DNA from: Candidatus Poribacteria bacterium
GTDB taxonomy: Bacteria > Poribacteria > WGA-4E > WGA-3G
Reading direction: 5' to 3'
NCBI GenBank assembly: GCA_963663765.2
Contig: CAXXUA010000005.1
Span: forward strand, 896,001-960,000
Length of the DNA: 64,000 nucleotides
The notes under the pieces are model-generated. The model saw nothing but the letters and a program-made list of their open reading frames with translations. It made no database searches and was not told the origin of the DNA. Shown piece after piece: positions 50,696 to 61,019 of the stretch; the first letter of the stretch is position 1, and every line of letters starts with the position of its first letter. The translations under genes and the position numbers were made by a program.

Positions 50696-50887
50696 ATGAA
50701 GACTTTAGTGGTAACAGAAGAAATTTGGAAAGAGGGTAATATGTACACCGCCTATTGCCCAGAATTAGACGTTGCAAGTTGCGGAAAGGATATTGAAGAA
50801 GCGCGAAATAACCTTCTTGAAGTAATTGAAATTCAGTTAGAAGAAACAGCAAAACTCGGCACACTCAAGGCTTTTTTTAACATATAA
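50696..50887 (+). CDS. HicB-family antitoxin, probably C-terminally truncated
   Basis: KEGNMYTAYCPELDVASCG..IEEARNNL.E; GGAGG RBS; no hicA partner. Confidence 0.75.
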   Translation: MKTLVVTEEIWKEGNMYTAYCPELDVASCGKDIEEARNNLLEVIEIQLEETAKLGTLKAFFNI

Positions 50888-50890
50888 AAG

Positions 50891-50986
50891 CTTATACCAA
50901 ATTAACGTAATTTATCTTTTTCCAACGGTAGGTGCGGTTTCCTAACCGCACACTTAGCAAGACGACTCACGTTAATTCGGTATTAG
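50891..50986. mobile_element. Small MITE with GTAG REP-like hairpin
   Basis: TIR cttataccaaattaacgt / acgttaattcggtattag; internal gtaggtgcggtttcctaaccgcac. Confidence 0.65.
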
Positions 50987-51019
50987 TCCCTCCTACACGT
51001 TTCGGAGAACGGTTTTACT

Positions 51020-51212
51020 ACCTCATAATTGCTTTCGGTTCAGTAAACTGCCTTTTGCGAGTCATATTCTAAGACTTCAAGAAGTGTGACTCTCAACGTT
51101 TCATGCTATTCTTCCGTGTCCTTTCTTGACAAGGGACACCAGATACCTCTTGTATCCAACCGATCCACCACTCAACACGGCGTTGAATTTGAGCAGTATA
51201 GGATGCTTGCAT
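51020..51212 (-). pseudogene. Degraded HicB-like antitoxin (3' end approximate)
   Basis: MQASYTAQIQRRVEWWIGWIQEVSGVPCQERT, then frameshift and stops; other frame ETLRVTLLEVLE; AGGAG RBS. Confidence 0.7.
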
Positions 51213-51278
51213 GACAATCTCCTATTGTTAATATTGATTTAGTGTTGTTGACGATTTTCTAAATTATACACGCTAATA

Positions 51279-51486
51279 ATCCAAATCACGGATGACACAG
51301 ATGACACGGATAATACCACTACCAACGATTATCTTGCTTAGAAAACGCCTATCCTACGGAAGACAATCAAATGCAGAACTCTTATCCGCGCACTCCACGT
51401 AATCCGTGTAATCCGCGATTCCGAACACCCTCCGCACACTCCGCGTAATCCGCATAATCCGCATAATCCGCATAATCCGCGATTCT
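51279..51486. repeat. Inverted-arm element built from 9-bp units (acacggatg-type and aatccgcat-type)
   Basis: cacggatgacacagatgacacggat ... aatccgtgtaatccgcgattc ... (aatccgcat)x3 aatccgcgattc. Confidence 0.7.
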
Positions 51487-51519
51487 ATACGGAAAAATAT
51501 ATACACACCCAAACATCAA

Positions 51520-51863
51520 GGGTGTGTAAAGTTTTTGTAAAAAGCTTGATATTAAAAGAAGTCCGTCCAGTTTCTATCAAATATTGCTTGACGTTAGGGA
51601 ACTGTGGACATCGTAGGGGCGAGGTTTCCTCGCCCGCATTAGCCTCTATTCGGGTGGGGAGACCCCGCCCCATAGGCGTCAATTTAAGAAAATATTGTTG
51701 TCATTTTTCTTGTGGGAGGGTTTTTCAACCTTGATTTGAGAGGAAAAGCGCATAAATTCGGGGTTGAAAACCCCTCCCACAAGAGGTCAAAATCCTTAAA
51801 TTGACGCTTATGGGGCGGGGAGACCCCGCCCCTACGGTACAGCAACCAAAACTTTACACACCC
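51520..51863. mobile_element. MITE family A with one element B (51671-51812) in its hairpin
   Basis: 9-bp TSD aaacatcaa; hairpin duplicated at 51652-51670 and 51813-51831; B inverted relative to the 10.4-kb array. Confidence 0.9.
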
Positions 51864-52054
51864 AAACATCAATCTTCGGTTGACCCAATGATAGAGTTTC
51901 GGTTATTATAATATATGTGTCAAATTTGGGATAGGCAGCAGCGTGAAAATGAATTACGGATTATCACAGTTTCGTAAAGTCAACACAGGTTAGTCATTTT
52001 GCGTTGAACCGTTCAGTCAAAATATATTTACGCAACTTACTTTATGAGGCAAAT

Positions 52055-53950
52055 ATGAAAAAACTAAACCTATATGTAATACTGATTTTTATCTGTTTTC
52101 ACCTTTTGTTAGCATATAGTTTTGCACAGGATTATACCCGTTTGCAACTACCAGAAGGAGCCATCGCACGTTTGGGAAAAGGAAAATTATTTGAGATAAA
52201 ATATTCACCCGATGGCAACCAAATTGCAGTTGCAACTGCAATCGGAATCTGGTTTTATGATACTGCTACCGGTGCCGAATTAGCACTCCTCACCGGACAC
52301 ACAGAGAGTATTGAATGCATTGCCATTAGTCCAGATGGAAAGACTTTGGCGTCAGGCAGCAACGACAACACCATCATGCTATGGGACATAGAGACACGCA
52401 CACGAAAAGCAACCCTTGTTAGACATTTAGATGATGTTCGGTCCCTTGCTTTCAGTCCAGATGGAAATACCCTCGCAAGTACCAGTGAAGATGCAACAAT
52501 TAATCTGTGGGACGTTCAGACTGCAAAACATAAAAGAACAATAACCGGACATGCCAATTGGGGTAGGGCAGTTGCTTTCAGTCCCGATGGAAGTATCCTC
52601 GCAAGTGCAAATCATGATGCTACCATCCGACTTTGGGACGCAAACACAGGAACACATCTAAGAACGTTCTCAGGACATGAACGAGCTGTAACCTCTATCG
52701 CCTTTAGTCCGGATGGAAAAACGATCTGCAGTGGGTGCGACGACGGCTCTGTCGGCTTGTGGGAAACAAGTACTGGCAAGAATATACAAATCATGATGAA
52801 GCATACATGGTACGTCGTTTCGGTCTCGTGTTCACCGGATGGAAAGACATTCGCAAGTGGTAGTTGGGACAATGAGATTTATATGTGGAACACCGAAACA
52901 GGTGAACATGTGAAGACACTATCTGGACATACAAATCATGTCGTATCGGTCGCATATTCACCGAAAGGTGACACGCTCGCAAGTGCAAGTTACGACGGTA
53001 CAGTTCGCTTGTGGCATCCTCGCACCGGCAATGAAAAAAATATATTTGTTGGACATACTCGTGATGTGAAAACTGTCGCATTTTCTCCTGATGGAAACAC
53101 ATTGGCAAGTGGAAATTCTGCAACCACCATACATCTATGGGACTCAACCACAGGTGCATATAAAAACACGCTTATCGGACACTCACAGACAGTTGGTGCA
53201 ATCGCATTTTCTCCCGATGGATCAACACTCGCAAGCGGTAGTTGGGATAATACGATTCGTCTATGGGATCCTCAAACCGGACGAGAAAAACAGGTAATCG
53301 CTGAACATTGGAATAATGTCGCATCAGTAGCTTTTTCCCCTGATGGCACCATGCTCGCGAGTGGAAGTTATGACCAGACAGTCCGTTTATGGAACGCACA
53401 CACAGGTGAACCCTTGCAGACACTCAATGGACATATTGCTAATGTTAGGGCTGTCGCATTTTCACCTGATGGCAAGACACTCGCAAGTGGCGATGGAGCT
53501 AACAAAATCCTCTTTTGGGATCCAAAAACAGGACAAACGCAGTTGATGTCGTCTGTTCAACGCATACTCAATAGACCTGTGATGCATTCTGGGGATATTA
53601 CGGGACTCGCCTACAGTCCTGATGGATCAACACTTGCAAGTGCAAGCGATGACCAAACAATCGGTTTATGGAACGCACAAACAATGAAAAATAAACAGAT
53701 GTTACGTGGACACACAAGGTATGTCTTATCTGTGGCTTATGCGCCGCAAGGAGATATGATCGCAAGCTGCAGTTGGGACAAGATTATACGTTGTTGGGAC
53801 CCAAAAACTGGAAAGCACAAAACCGGGTTCATTGGACACACTGGCTATGTCTTGTCGGTTGCGTTCTCACCTGATGGAAAACTCCTCGCAAGTGGAAGTT
53901 CTGATGGAACGGTGCTATTATGGGATATGTCAAAATTAAAAACCAAATAG
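52055..53950 (+). CDS. Secreted WD40-repeat protein
   Basis: Signal peptide, LPEGAIARLGKG cap, about 13-14 GH...FSPDG..LASGS.D..I.LWD repeats; ATG 52055 with GAGG RBS. Confidence 0.93.
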   Translation: MKKLNLYVILIFICFHLLLAYSFAQDYTRLQLPEGAIARLGKGKLFEIKYSPDGNQIAVATAIGIWFYDTATGAELALLTGHTESIECIAISPDGKTLASGSNDNTIMLWDIETRTRKATLVRHLDDVRSLAFSPDGNTLASTSEDATINLWDVQTAKHKRTITGHANWGRAVAFSPDGSILASANHDATIRLWDANTGTHLRTFSGHERAVTSIAFSPDGKTICSGCDDGSVGLWETSTGKNIQIMMKHTWYVVSVSCSPDGKTFASGSWDNEIYMWNTETGEHVKTLSGHTNHVVSVAYSPKGDTLASASYDGTVRLWHPRTGNEKNIFVGHTRDVKTVAFSPDGNTLASGNSATTIHLWDSTTGAYKNTLIGHSQTVGAIAFSPDGSTLASGSWDNTIRLWDPQTGREKQVIAEHWNNVASVAFSPDGTMLASGSYDQTVRLWNAHTGEPLQTLNGHIANVRAVAFSPDGKTLASGDGANKILFWDPKTGQTQLMSSVQRILNRPVMHSGDITGLAYSPDGSTLASASDDQTIGLWNAQTMKNKQMLRGHTRYVLSVAYAPQGDMIASCSWDKIIRCWDPKTGKHKTGFIGHTGYVLSVAFSPDGKLLASGSSDGTVLLWDMSKLKTK

Positions 53951-53966
53951 ACTAAAGAGTGTGATT

Positions 53967-55871
53967 ATGAAAAACCTAAAATGCATTACGCTGCTAATAA
54001 TCGTTGTTTGTCTAATATCGGGAACATTCTGTTATTCCCAAGAATATACAAAATGGCATTTACCTGAAGGGGCAAAACAACGTTTTGGAAAAGGAATTAT
54101 AAGAGAAGTCGCATTTTTCCCTGATGGGAAAAAACTTGCTATCAGTAGTTCAATCGGTATCTGGATTTATGATGTAAATACAGGTGAAGAACTTGATCTG
54201 CTTACAGATAGTTGGCACGATACCGATTCAATTGTGATTAGTCCGAAAGGTGATATACTCGCAACTGCAATTGGAAACAAAGTCCAACTGTGGAATACAA
54301 CCGAAAAGAACCTAATTGATACATTCATAGGACACAGATCTGATATTTATTCATTGGCAATGAGTTCAGATGGGAAAACACTCGTAAGTGGAAGTGCTGA
54401 TACGACTATTCGAATATGGGATACAACGACAGGAAAAGCAGGTTCCGCACCTATAGTAAACACCGAAGCCGTCCGTTCATTGGCATTTTCACCAGCAGGG
54501 AACACACTCGTAAGTATATCAGAAACGGATGAAAGCACAATACAATTATGGAACTTAGACAGCGGAGAGAATGTGTTAAATATCTTTCCAAGGATAGGCA
54601 GAATCTATTCAATTGCGTATTCTCCAGAGGGTTCCATAATAGCCACTGGAAGTTGGAACGGTAGAATCCATTTATGGAATCCGAGTACTGGCGAACTCCT
54701 AAACACCTTATCAGAACATGCAAGCCGTGCAACGACATTAGATTTCTCACAGGATGGCAAATACTTAGTCAGTAGCGGATTAGACTTTAGAATAAATGTG
54801 TGGAATTTAGAAACCAATATGTTGGTGAATACATTCAGAGACGTTTCAATTTTCTTCAATAATGTTGCCATTTCACCTGATGGCAAACTGATAGCCGGTA
54901 CAAGTAGTTTAAATGGGGTAATTCGCTTGTGGGACATGCAGACCGGGAACATCGTTAAAACCATCACTGGACATACAAAGTACATCAGATCCGTCGCGTT
55001 TTCACCAGATGGAGCATCTGTCGCTTATCCCAATAGAGTTGATAACGTCATCATTCTCCGGGATGTCCAAACTGGAGAAATACAAAAAACACTAACGGAA
55101 GGGACAGGTACACCCTATTCGGTTATGTTTGCACCTAATGGTGAAATACTTGCATCGGGTAATTGGTATGGACAAATCGTTTTATGGAATGTGCAAACAG
55201 GAGAACCAATAAAGAGACTCATTGGACATACAAGGAATGTACCTACCCTTGCATTTACGCCTGATGGATCAACACTGATAAGTGGCAGTTGGGACTATAC
55301 AATCCGATCTTGGGATGTTCAAACCGGTGTTGTCAAAAAAGCAATCCCTGTATATCAGTCAAATATTGATACGGCCAACTACAAGGTACAATCCATAGCC
55401 ATCAGCCCAGATGGTAATACATTCGCCTACGCCTCTGAGGCACAAAATATACGGTTATGGGATATACTCATGAAAGAACCAAAAGAAGAGCTAATAGGAC
55501 ATAACGGAGCTGGCGCAAGCGTTGCGTTTTCTCCAAATGGAACTATCCTTGCAAGTGGTAGTTTTGACGATACTGTAATAATTTGGGAAGCAGAAACTGC
55601 GAATCTGTTAAATACCTATAGAGAACCAACTTCATATAACGTTTATAGTGTTGCGTTTAGTCCAGACGGCGACACAGTTGCAGGTGGTAGTAATAAGGTT
55701 ATACGAATGTGGGATACCATGACAGGAAAAAACATGCTATCACTAACAGGACACACAGATTGGGTGCGTTCTGTTACATTCAGTCCTGATGGTCGTACCC
55801 TTGCCAGTGCATCTTCAGACGGCACAGTGATTCTTTGGGATGTGTCTAATAACCTACACACAAAAAACTGA
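53967..55871 (+). CDS. Secreted WD40-repeat protein
   Basis: Signal peptide, LPEGAKQRFGKG cap, multiple WD40 repeats. Confidence 0.93.
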   Translation: MKNLKCITLLIIVVCLISGTFCYSQEYTKWHLPEGAKQRFGKGIIREVAFFPDGKKLAISSSIGIWIYDVNTGEELDLLTDSWHDTDSIVISPKGDILATAIGNKVQLWNTTEKNLIDTFIGHRSDIYSLAMSSDGKTLVSGSADTTIRIWDTTTGKAGSAPIVNTEAVRSLAFSPAGNTLVSISETDESTIQLWNLDSGENVLNIFPRIGRIYSIAYSPEGSIIATGSWNGRIHLWNPSTGELLNTLSEHASRATTLDFSQDGKYLVSSGLDFRINVWNLETNMLVNTFRDVSIFFNNVAISPDGKLIAGTSSLNGVIRLWDMQTGNIVKTITGHTKYIRSVAFSPDGASVAYPNRVDNVIILRDVQTGEIQKTLTEGTGTPYSVMFAPNGEILASGNWYGQIVLWNVQTGEPIKRLIGHTRNVPTLAFTPDGSTLISGSWDYTIRSWDVQTGVVKKAIPVYQSNIDTANYKVQSIAISPDGNTFAYASEAQNIRLWDILMKEPKEELIGHNGAGASVAFSPNGTILASGSFDDTVIIWEAETANLLNTYREPTSYNVYSVAFSPDGDTVAGGSNKVIRMWDTMTGKNMLSLTGHTDWVRSVTFSPDGRTLASASSDGTVILWDVSNNLHTKN

Positions 55872-55939
55872 TAAAAACTGTGTGGATAGTACAATCTTCC
55901 AAAAAATAGTAACTTCAACATAAAAAGGTATATTATATC

Positions 55940-58900
55940 ATGAAATACAAACACTGGTTTTTCGTAATGATGACACTTCTGACTTTTCTACTTCCTGCTT
56001 TCGCACAAGAACCTGAAACACAAAATTATACAGTTAAACCCATCTATTTTCTTCCAAAAGACCGTGAACCACAAGCAGACATAGATGCAAAAATGGACAA
56101 AATGATAAAACGCGTCCAAAAGTTTTACGCTGACGAGATGGAACGACATGGATTTGGAAGAAAAACTTTTCAGTTTGAAACAGATGAAAACGGAAACGCT
56201 GTTGTTCACCATGTAATTGGGAAACATAACAATGAACATTATCTGGATAAAACAGGAAGGTCATGGAGAGAAATCCATAAACAGGTCAAACGATCAAAAT
56301 CTGTTCTGTTCAATGCCATCGATGTTAGCAACAAAAGAATAAAAAAAGGTATTTGTGGATTGGGTGGCGGCGGACAAAATTCTGGCCAATTCATACTTCC
56401 TGCCTCTGGTGGTTGTTTTAACTTCGTAACCATAGCCCATGAACTTGGACACGCTTTCGGTTTACCCCATGATTGGCGAAACGGTGCTTTTATCATGTCC
56501 TATGGGCCTGGTCCACAAAACAAGATTTCACTCGCTGCTGCACAATGGTTAGATATTCACCCATTTTTTAACACTGACAGACCCGACGCAATGAAGACTA
56601 TCTCTAAAACCCGACCAAAAATAAAAAGGTTACCAGTGATAGCGTACCCACAAGGACTGTTTCACGTTTTTTTTGAGGTGACCGATACCGATGGACTCCA
56701 TCACGCACAGTTCAAATCCATGACACCTGGACGTAGTGGTTTGTCAATGCAAAAAAGTCAGACATTAAATGGGGAAAATGAGATTGTTGAGTATATTTCA
56801 ACAGGAAAGGGGACAAGGTTGAGCATTCTTGATATACATGGAAATATCACATCAAAATGGATTTCGTTCAAAAACCTGAAACCAAATTTGACAATAAGTG
56901 TTACTCCAAGCACTGTTGATGCACAAGAAGGCTTAATCGGTCACTGGAATTTTGATGAGGCTAATGGTGGAATCGCATACAACAATTGCGGAAAAGATAC
57001 TTACGCAGTACTTGAAGACGGGGCAAATTTGCAACTTAATAGTGGAAAAATTGGAGGCGCATTAGAACTTGACGGTACACAACGTGTTAATATACCTAAT
57101 GGGGGAAACCTAATAAACGGCCTTAAGGCATTTACCATCGCATTTTGGGTGAAACCTGAGCAAATTGGTAATGACAAAGGTTTTATTAATCCTAAAAACC
57201 CTAATAACAAAGATGAAGTCTTTACCATACGCTATGATGCAAAAGGTTATAAAGGTGGTGGGAAGAATGTCGTCAAAGCAAGCATTTCCACAACACAAGG
57301 CACTCAAGCTTATGAGAGTGCAAGCGATGCACAAACTACTGCGTGGCAACACATCACATTGACTTGGAAAAGTGGTCAAGAATTATCTCTTTACTTGAAC
57401 GGTATACTTGATAAACCAACATTTAACTCGCCAGCAGCCGAAGGTGAAATTATTGGTGTCGAAAAGTTGGTAATTGGTAGAGGCAGCAAAGACAGAAGAA
57501 ATGCAATGCGGGGATATATAGACGATGTCCGACTATATAACCGCGTGCTAAACATAAAAGAAATTGCTGATTTATCACTAACGACTACTAACACAAACAA
57601 AGTTTATGGGGTGGCATTAACAGCTGTAGCGAATTTAACACCAAAAATCGTAGACCCCACCGAAGATGTCAACTATACCCTAACAATCACAAATACGGGG
57701 GATTTGGAGGATACAATAAAACTAACAACAAACAGCAGTACTCATGCAAAATTAAGTGAATCTTCTGTATCACTCGGGGCAGGTAGATCAGCAGAAGTAA
57801 CTATGACAGTAACAAGAGATTCGCTTATCACTGCAGGAGAGCATGATATTGAAATAACAGCGACTTCTGCAGGTGATAACACGAAAACTGCTAATCTAAA
57901 AACAAAAACAACGATTACACCTATTCATGGCGTTGAATTAACTGCTGTCGGAAAACTTACCGCTGAAACGAACAATGCAGATAAGGGGACAGAATATACG
58001 CTCTTAGTTACCAACACAGGTAATACCGAAGATACAATAAAAATAACGACTGTAGGAGACGCGAATACAAAACTAAGTCAGGATTCGGTATTACTTGAAC
58101 CAGGGGCTTCTTCAAGAGTGAAATTAATGGTGACGGGTACAGGGCATGCCCAAGGGGCAGATTATATTGTAAGAGTCACTGCTACTTCAGAAAGGGATAG
58201 CACCAAATCGTCTCATATCGCTACACTTACGACAATTTATCAAGGTCGTAATAAACGAAAAAATATACAAGACGATCTAATTGCTCATTGGACATTTGAT
58301 GAAACAACTGGTAAAACCGTACCAGACACAAGTGGTAAAGGCAACAAGGCAAGTCTTACAGGGAATGCGGTATTACAACCCAATAGTGGGAAAATAAAAG
58401 GCGCATTGCAACCTAATGGGACTGATGCTGCGAATGTAACTCACGGTGCTGAATTAATAAATGGACTTGAGGCGTTTACTATCGCTTTATGGATAAAATC
58501 AAATAAAACCGGTACCGATGAAGGTTTTATATATTCAAAAGAACCTAATGATAAAGATGAAACGTTTGCTATTCGCTATGATTCTGAGGGAGCAGCAGGT
58601 GGCGGTAATAATGTCATCAAAGCTGCCGTTACCACAACAGAAGGCATTCAAATATATGAGAGTGCAAGCAATGTACAAACGACTGAGTGGCAACACATTG
58701 CATTGACATGGCGCACTGGTAGACAACTAATTCTCTACATCAACGGCGTCCTTGATACATCAACATTTAGTAGTAAAGCCAAATTTGGAAAAATAATCGG
58801 GGCTGAAAAATTACTTATTGGGAAGGGCGCGAAAGACCTTAACGGTTCGTTTAGCGGACTCATAGACGATGTCCGACTCTACGACAGAATTCTCAACGGA

Positions 58901-58951
58901 AATGAAATTGCAAAACTACTGAAAGTTTCTGCAGATGCAAGCAACAATTAA
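55940..58951 (+). CDS. Secreted metzincin-like metallopeptidase with LamG, two Ig-like domains and a second LamG
   Basis: HELGHAFGLPH with downstream IMSY Met-turn; two similar LamG domains; two Y.L..TNTG..EDTI domains. Confidence 0.85.
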   Translation: MKYKHWFFVMMTLLTFLLPAFAQEPETQNYTVKPIYFLPKDREPQADIDAKMDKMIKRVQKFYADEMERHGFGRKTFQFETDENGNAVVHHVIGKHNNEHYLDKTGRSWREIHKQVKRSKSVLFNAIDVSNKRIKKGICGLGGGGQNSGQFILPASGGCFNFVTIAHELGHAFGLPHDWRNGAFIMSYGPGPQNKISLAAAQWLDIHPFFNTDRPDAMKTISKTRPKIKRLPVIAYPQGLFHVFFEVTDTDGLHHAQFKSMTPGRSGLSMQKSQTLNGENEIVEYISTGKGTRLSILDIHGNITSKWISFKNLKPNLTISVTPSTVDAQEGLIGHWNFDEANGGIAYNNCGKDTYAVLEDGANLQLNSGKIGGALELDGTQRVNIPNGGNLINGLKAFTIAFWVKPEQIGNDKGFINPKNPNNKDEVFTIRYDAKGYKGGGKNVVKASISTTQGTQAYESASDAQTTAWQHITLTWKSGQELSLYLNGILDKPTFNSPAAEGEIIGVEKLVIGRGSKDRRNAMRGYIDDVRLYNRVLNIKEIADLSLTTTNTNKVYGVALTAVANLTPKIVDPTEDVNYTLTITNTGDLEDTIKLTTNSSTHAKLSESSVSLGAGRSAEVTMTVTRDSLITAGEHDIEITATSAGDNTKTANLKTKTTITPIHGVELTAVGKLTAETNNADKGTEYTLLVTNTGNTEDTIKITTVGDANTKLSQDSVLLEPGASSRVKLMVTGTGHAQGADYIVRVTATSERDSTKSSHIATLTTIYQGRNKRKNIQDDLIAHWTFDETTGKTVPDTSGKGNKASLTGNAVLQPNSGKIKGALQPNGTDAANVTHGAELINGLEAFTIALWIKSNKTGTDEGFIYSKEPNDKDETFAIRYDSEGAAGGGNNVIKAAVTTTEGIQIYESASNVQTTEWQHIALTWRTGRQLILYINGVLDTSTFSSKAKFGKIIGAEKLLIGKGAKDLNGSFSGLIDDVRLYDRILNGNEIAKLLKVSADASNN

Positions 58952-58959
58952 ACAGTGTG

Positions 58960-59012
58960 CAATATTAACCTTCTCAGTAATTATTACCATTTGATTGAGG
59001 GGGTTGATATTG
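58960..59012. terminator. Hairpin between convergent genes
   Basis: caatattaaccttctca / tgagggggttgatattg, with G:U pairs. Confidence 0.45.
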
Positions 59013-59029
59013 TGTGTTGTTAAGACCCG

Positions 59030-60436
59030 TTAAAATGGTGTGTCACGTGTTGATAACGCACACCACCTTGTAGAAAACAGGTGACTGAATAGTACCTCTC
59101 TCGCCTCTGGTGTATCAATTTGTTTCAATGCTAATGCAGCGTTGAAACGAACATATCGGTTCTCATCTTCCAATTGTGCCATCAGGTCTGGCAGTGCTGG
59201 TTCAGAAAGCGGTCCTAAAATAGCCAATGTCCGAGCCGCATTATACCGAACCCAATAATACTCATCACGTAGACCTTCCGTTATCACACTTACCGCCTGC
59301 GATAAATCAGTACCCTCTTCCATCTGCTGCCCGATTATCCCCAGACCTTCAATCGCATGCCTACGCACCCAAGGAGATTCGTCCTTCGCAGCACGCGTTA
59401 ACGCTGGCACTGCTTCCTGTGCCACTTTACCCATATCTGCTAACGCGTATGCTGCAGTTGTGCGAACAGATTCATCTGATTCCTGTAAACCGTCTATGAG
59501 GACTGAAACTGCGGAGGAACCGACAAGGCTTAACGCATATCCCGCATAGTTCTGAATTGATGCATTACTACTATATAGTGCTTTCTGCAAAACTGGAACA
59601 GCATCTACACCAACTCTCCCTAAACGATACGCAGCATTTAACCGCATCTTTTCATTATCATGCTGCAAAGTATCAAGCAAATTAACTAATTCGTCATATG
59701 GAACACCGTTGGCACAACCGTTCTCATTTCCGTAATACCAATCCCACTGTGATTCCCACAGTTCTGGATGCTCAGGTTCCACACCGTCTGCCACAGTTTG
59801 CCAGTCAACGTTGTCGCTTTGCCAAGTAGGTGTTCTCGGCTCATCAAGTCGTGAGAATAGAAACTTCAACATATACCGTTTTTTATCACTTTCATTTGCC
59901 ATAGCACGATGCCACAAATCGTAGTGAACGATAGTTACAGTACCTGCTTCTCCGCACAGAGAAAGTTCTGGATGTTCATGCGCACTTTCACCGCTATCGT
60001 AATATTGTGAACCGGGCAGCACAGCGGTAGGTCCCATGTCTTCCGTCACATCCTGCGGGTAATAGAACCCCATCGACCAACGGCATCGGTGACGACGTAC
60101 CTGCTCATCGCCTTCATAAGAATCCTTATGATGACCTTGTCCACCACCACCTATCGGATTGTAATGGCAGAAACGGTGTGGATGCATGATATAGTTTGTT
60201 CCAAGTACACCCCGCATCGCACCGTCAACTACTGGGTGGTCAAACACCTGCTGAATTTCAGGGATTAAGGGAAGAACATTATTCCCCAAGTTGCCAGTGT
60301 GTTCAAACATAACGTCTAAATGTTGGTAAATCTGCTCATGAAAACTTGGTGGAAAATCCGTTTTCACCTTGATGAATCCGTTGATGATAAAGTCCCGCAT
60401 CTGTTCATCGGTGAGTGGAATTGACTGATTTTGCAT
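59030..60436 (-). CDS. PhyH-family dioxygenase fused to HEAT/PBS-lyase repeats
   Basis: F..NGF, HHKDSY, MGPT..LPGSQ, HYDLWH, KRYMLK; C-terminal VR..AA.ALG repeats. Confidence 0.88.
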   Translation of the reverse strand: MQNQSIPLTDEQMRDFIINGFIKVKTDFPPSFHEQIYQHLDVMFEHTGNLGNNVLPLIPEIQQVFDHPVVDGAMRGVLGTNYIMHPHRFCHYNPIGGGGQGHHKDSYEGDEQVRRHRCRWSMGFYYPQDVTEDMGPTAVLPGSQYYDSGESAHEHPELSLCGEAGTVTIVHYDLWHRAMANESDKKRYMLKFLFSRLDEPRTPTWQSDNVDWQTVADGVEPEHPELWESQWDWYYGNENGCANGVPYDELVNLLDTLQHDNEKMRLNAAYRLGRVGVDAVPVLQKALYSSNASIQNYAGYALSLVGSSAVSVLIDGLQESDESVRTTAAYALADMGKVAQEAVPALTRAAKDESPWVRRHAIEGLGIIGQQMEEGTDLSQAVSVITEGLRDEYYWVRYNAARTLAILGPLSEPALPDLMAQLEDENRYVRFNAALALKQIDTPEAREVLFSHLFSTRWCALSTRDTPF

Positions 60437-60510
60437 CTGATACCCCTCCTTATTTCATTTCTTTAGTCTAACAAAATCATTTGTGAATGTCAATTCATAT
60501 TAATCCAAAT

Positions 60511-60940
60511 CAAGGTTATTCAGTTTTAAGAGTTTTCTGTTCTTGAGATTTACTGAAAGTTAATACCCAGGTTCGGTTTTCTAACCGAATTTTACGCATC
60601 AATTTTAATTTATTGAAAACTGAATATCGCTCTTTAGTCCCGACAAATGCCATACGGGGAATGCCTTAATGGCATTCATACCGTTGATTTGGCGCATTTG
60701 GCGTTGATTTGGTAGGGACGATATGTTTATAGATAACGAATACCCTCCCCATGTCTTTAGTCCCGTAGGGACGATATGTGTATTCTTCTATGTCGTTCCT
60801 ACGGAACTCTATTGGGGTTGAAAACATTTTCTATAAACATATCGTTCCTACGGAACTAAAGACATGGACAAGAGGGGTATTACAACATATTAACGGTATA
60901 ACAAAATACTATCAAAAATATTGAAAACTGAATAACCCTG
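60511..60940. mobile_element. MITE family E with a D-containing insertion (about 60643-60711)
   Basis: TIR caaggttattcagtttt / aaaactgaataaccctg; perfect 9-bp TSD aatccaaat. Confidence 0.9.
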
Positions 60941-61019
60941 AATCCAAATATTTCCACTTGTTTACAGATCGTGTTAATGCTAAAATAATCGCTTAAATGC
61001 ATCTAATAGGAGAACTTAT

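Noticed and set aside
6646-51872. Short ORFs at 6646, 10042, 13430, 31413, 51485, 51522 and 51684 sharing peptides such as LLWEGFSTP or GIHTVD
   Set aside because: They are translations of the MITE/REP repeats, with no RBS or coding support
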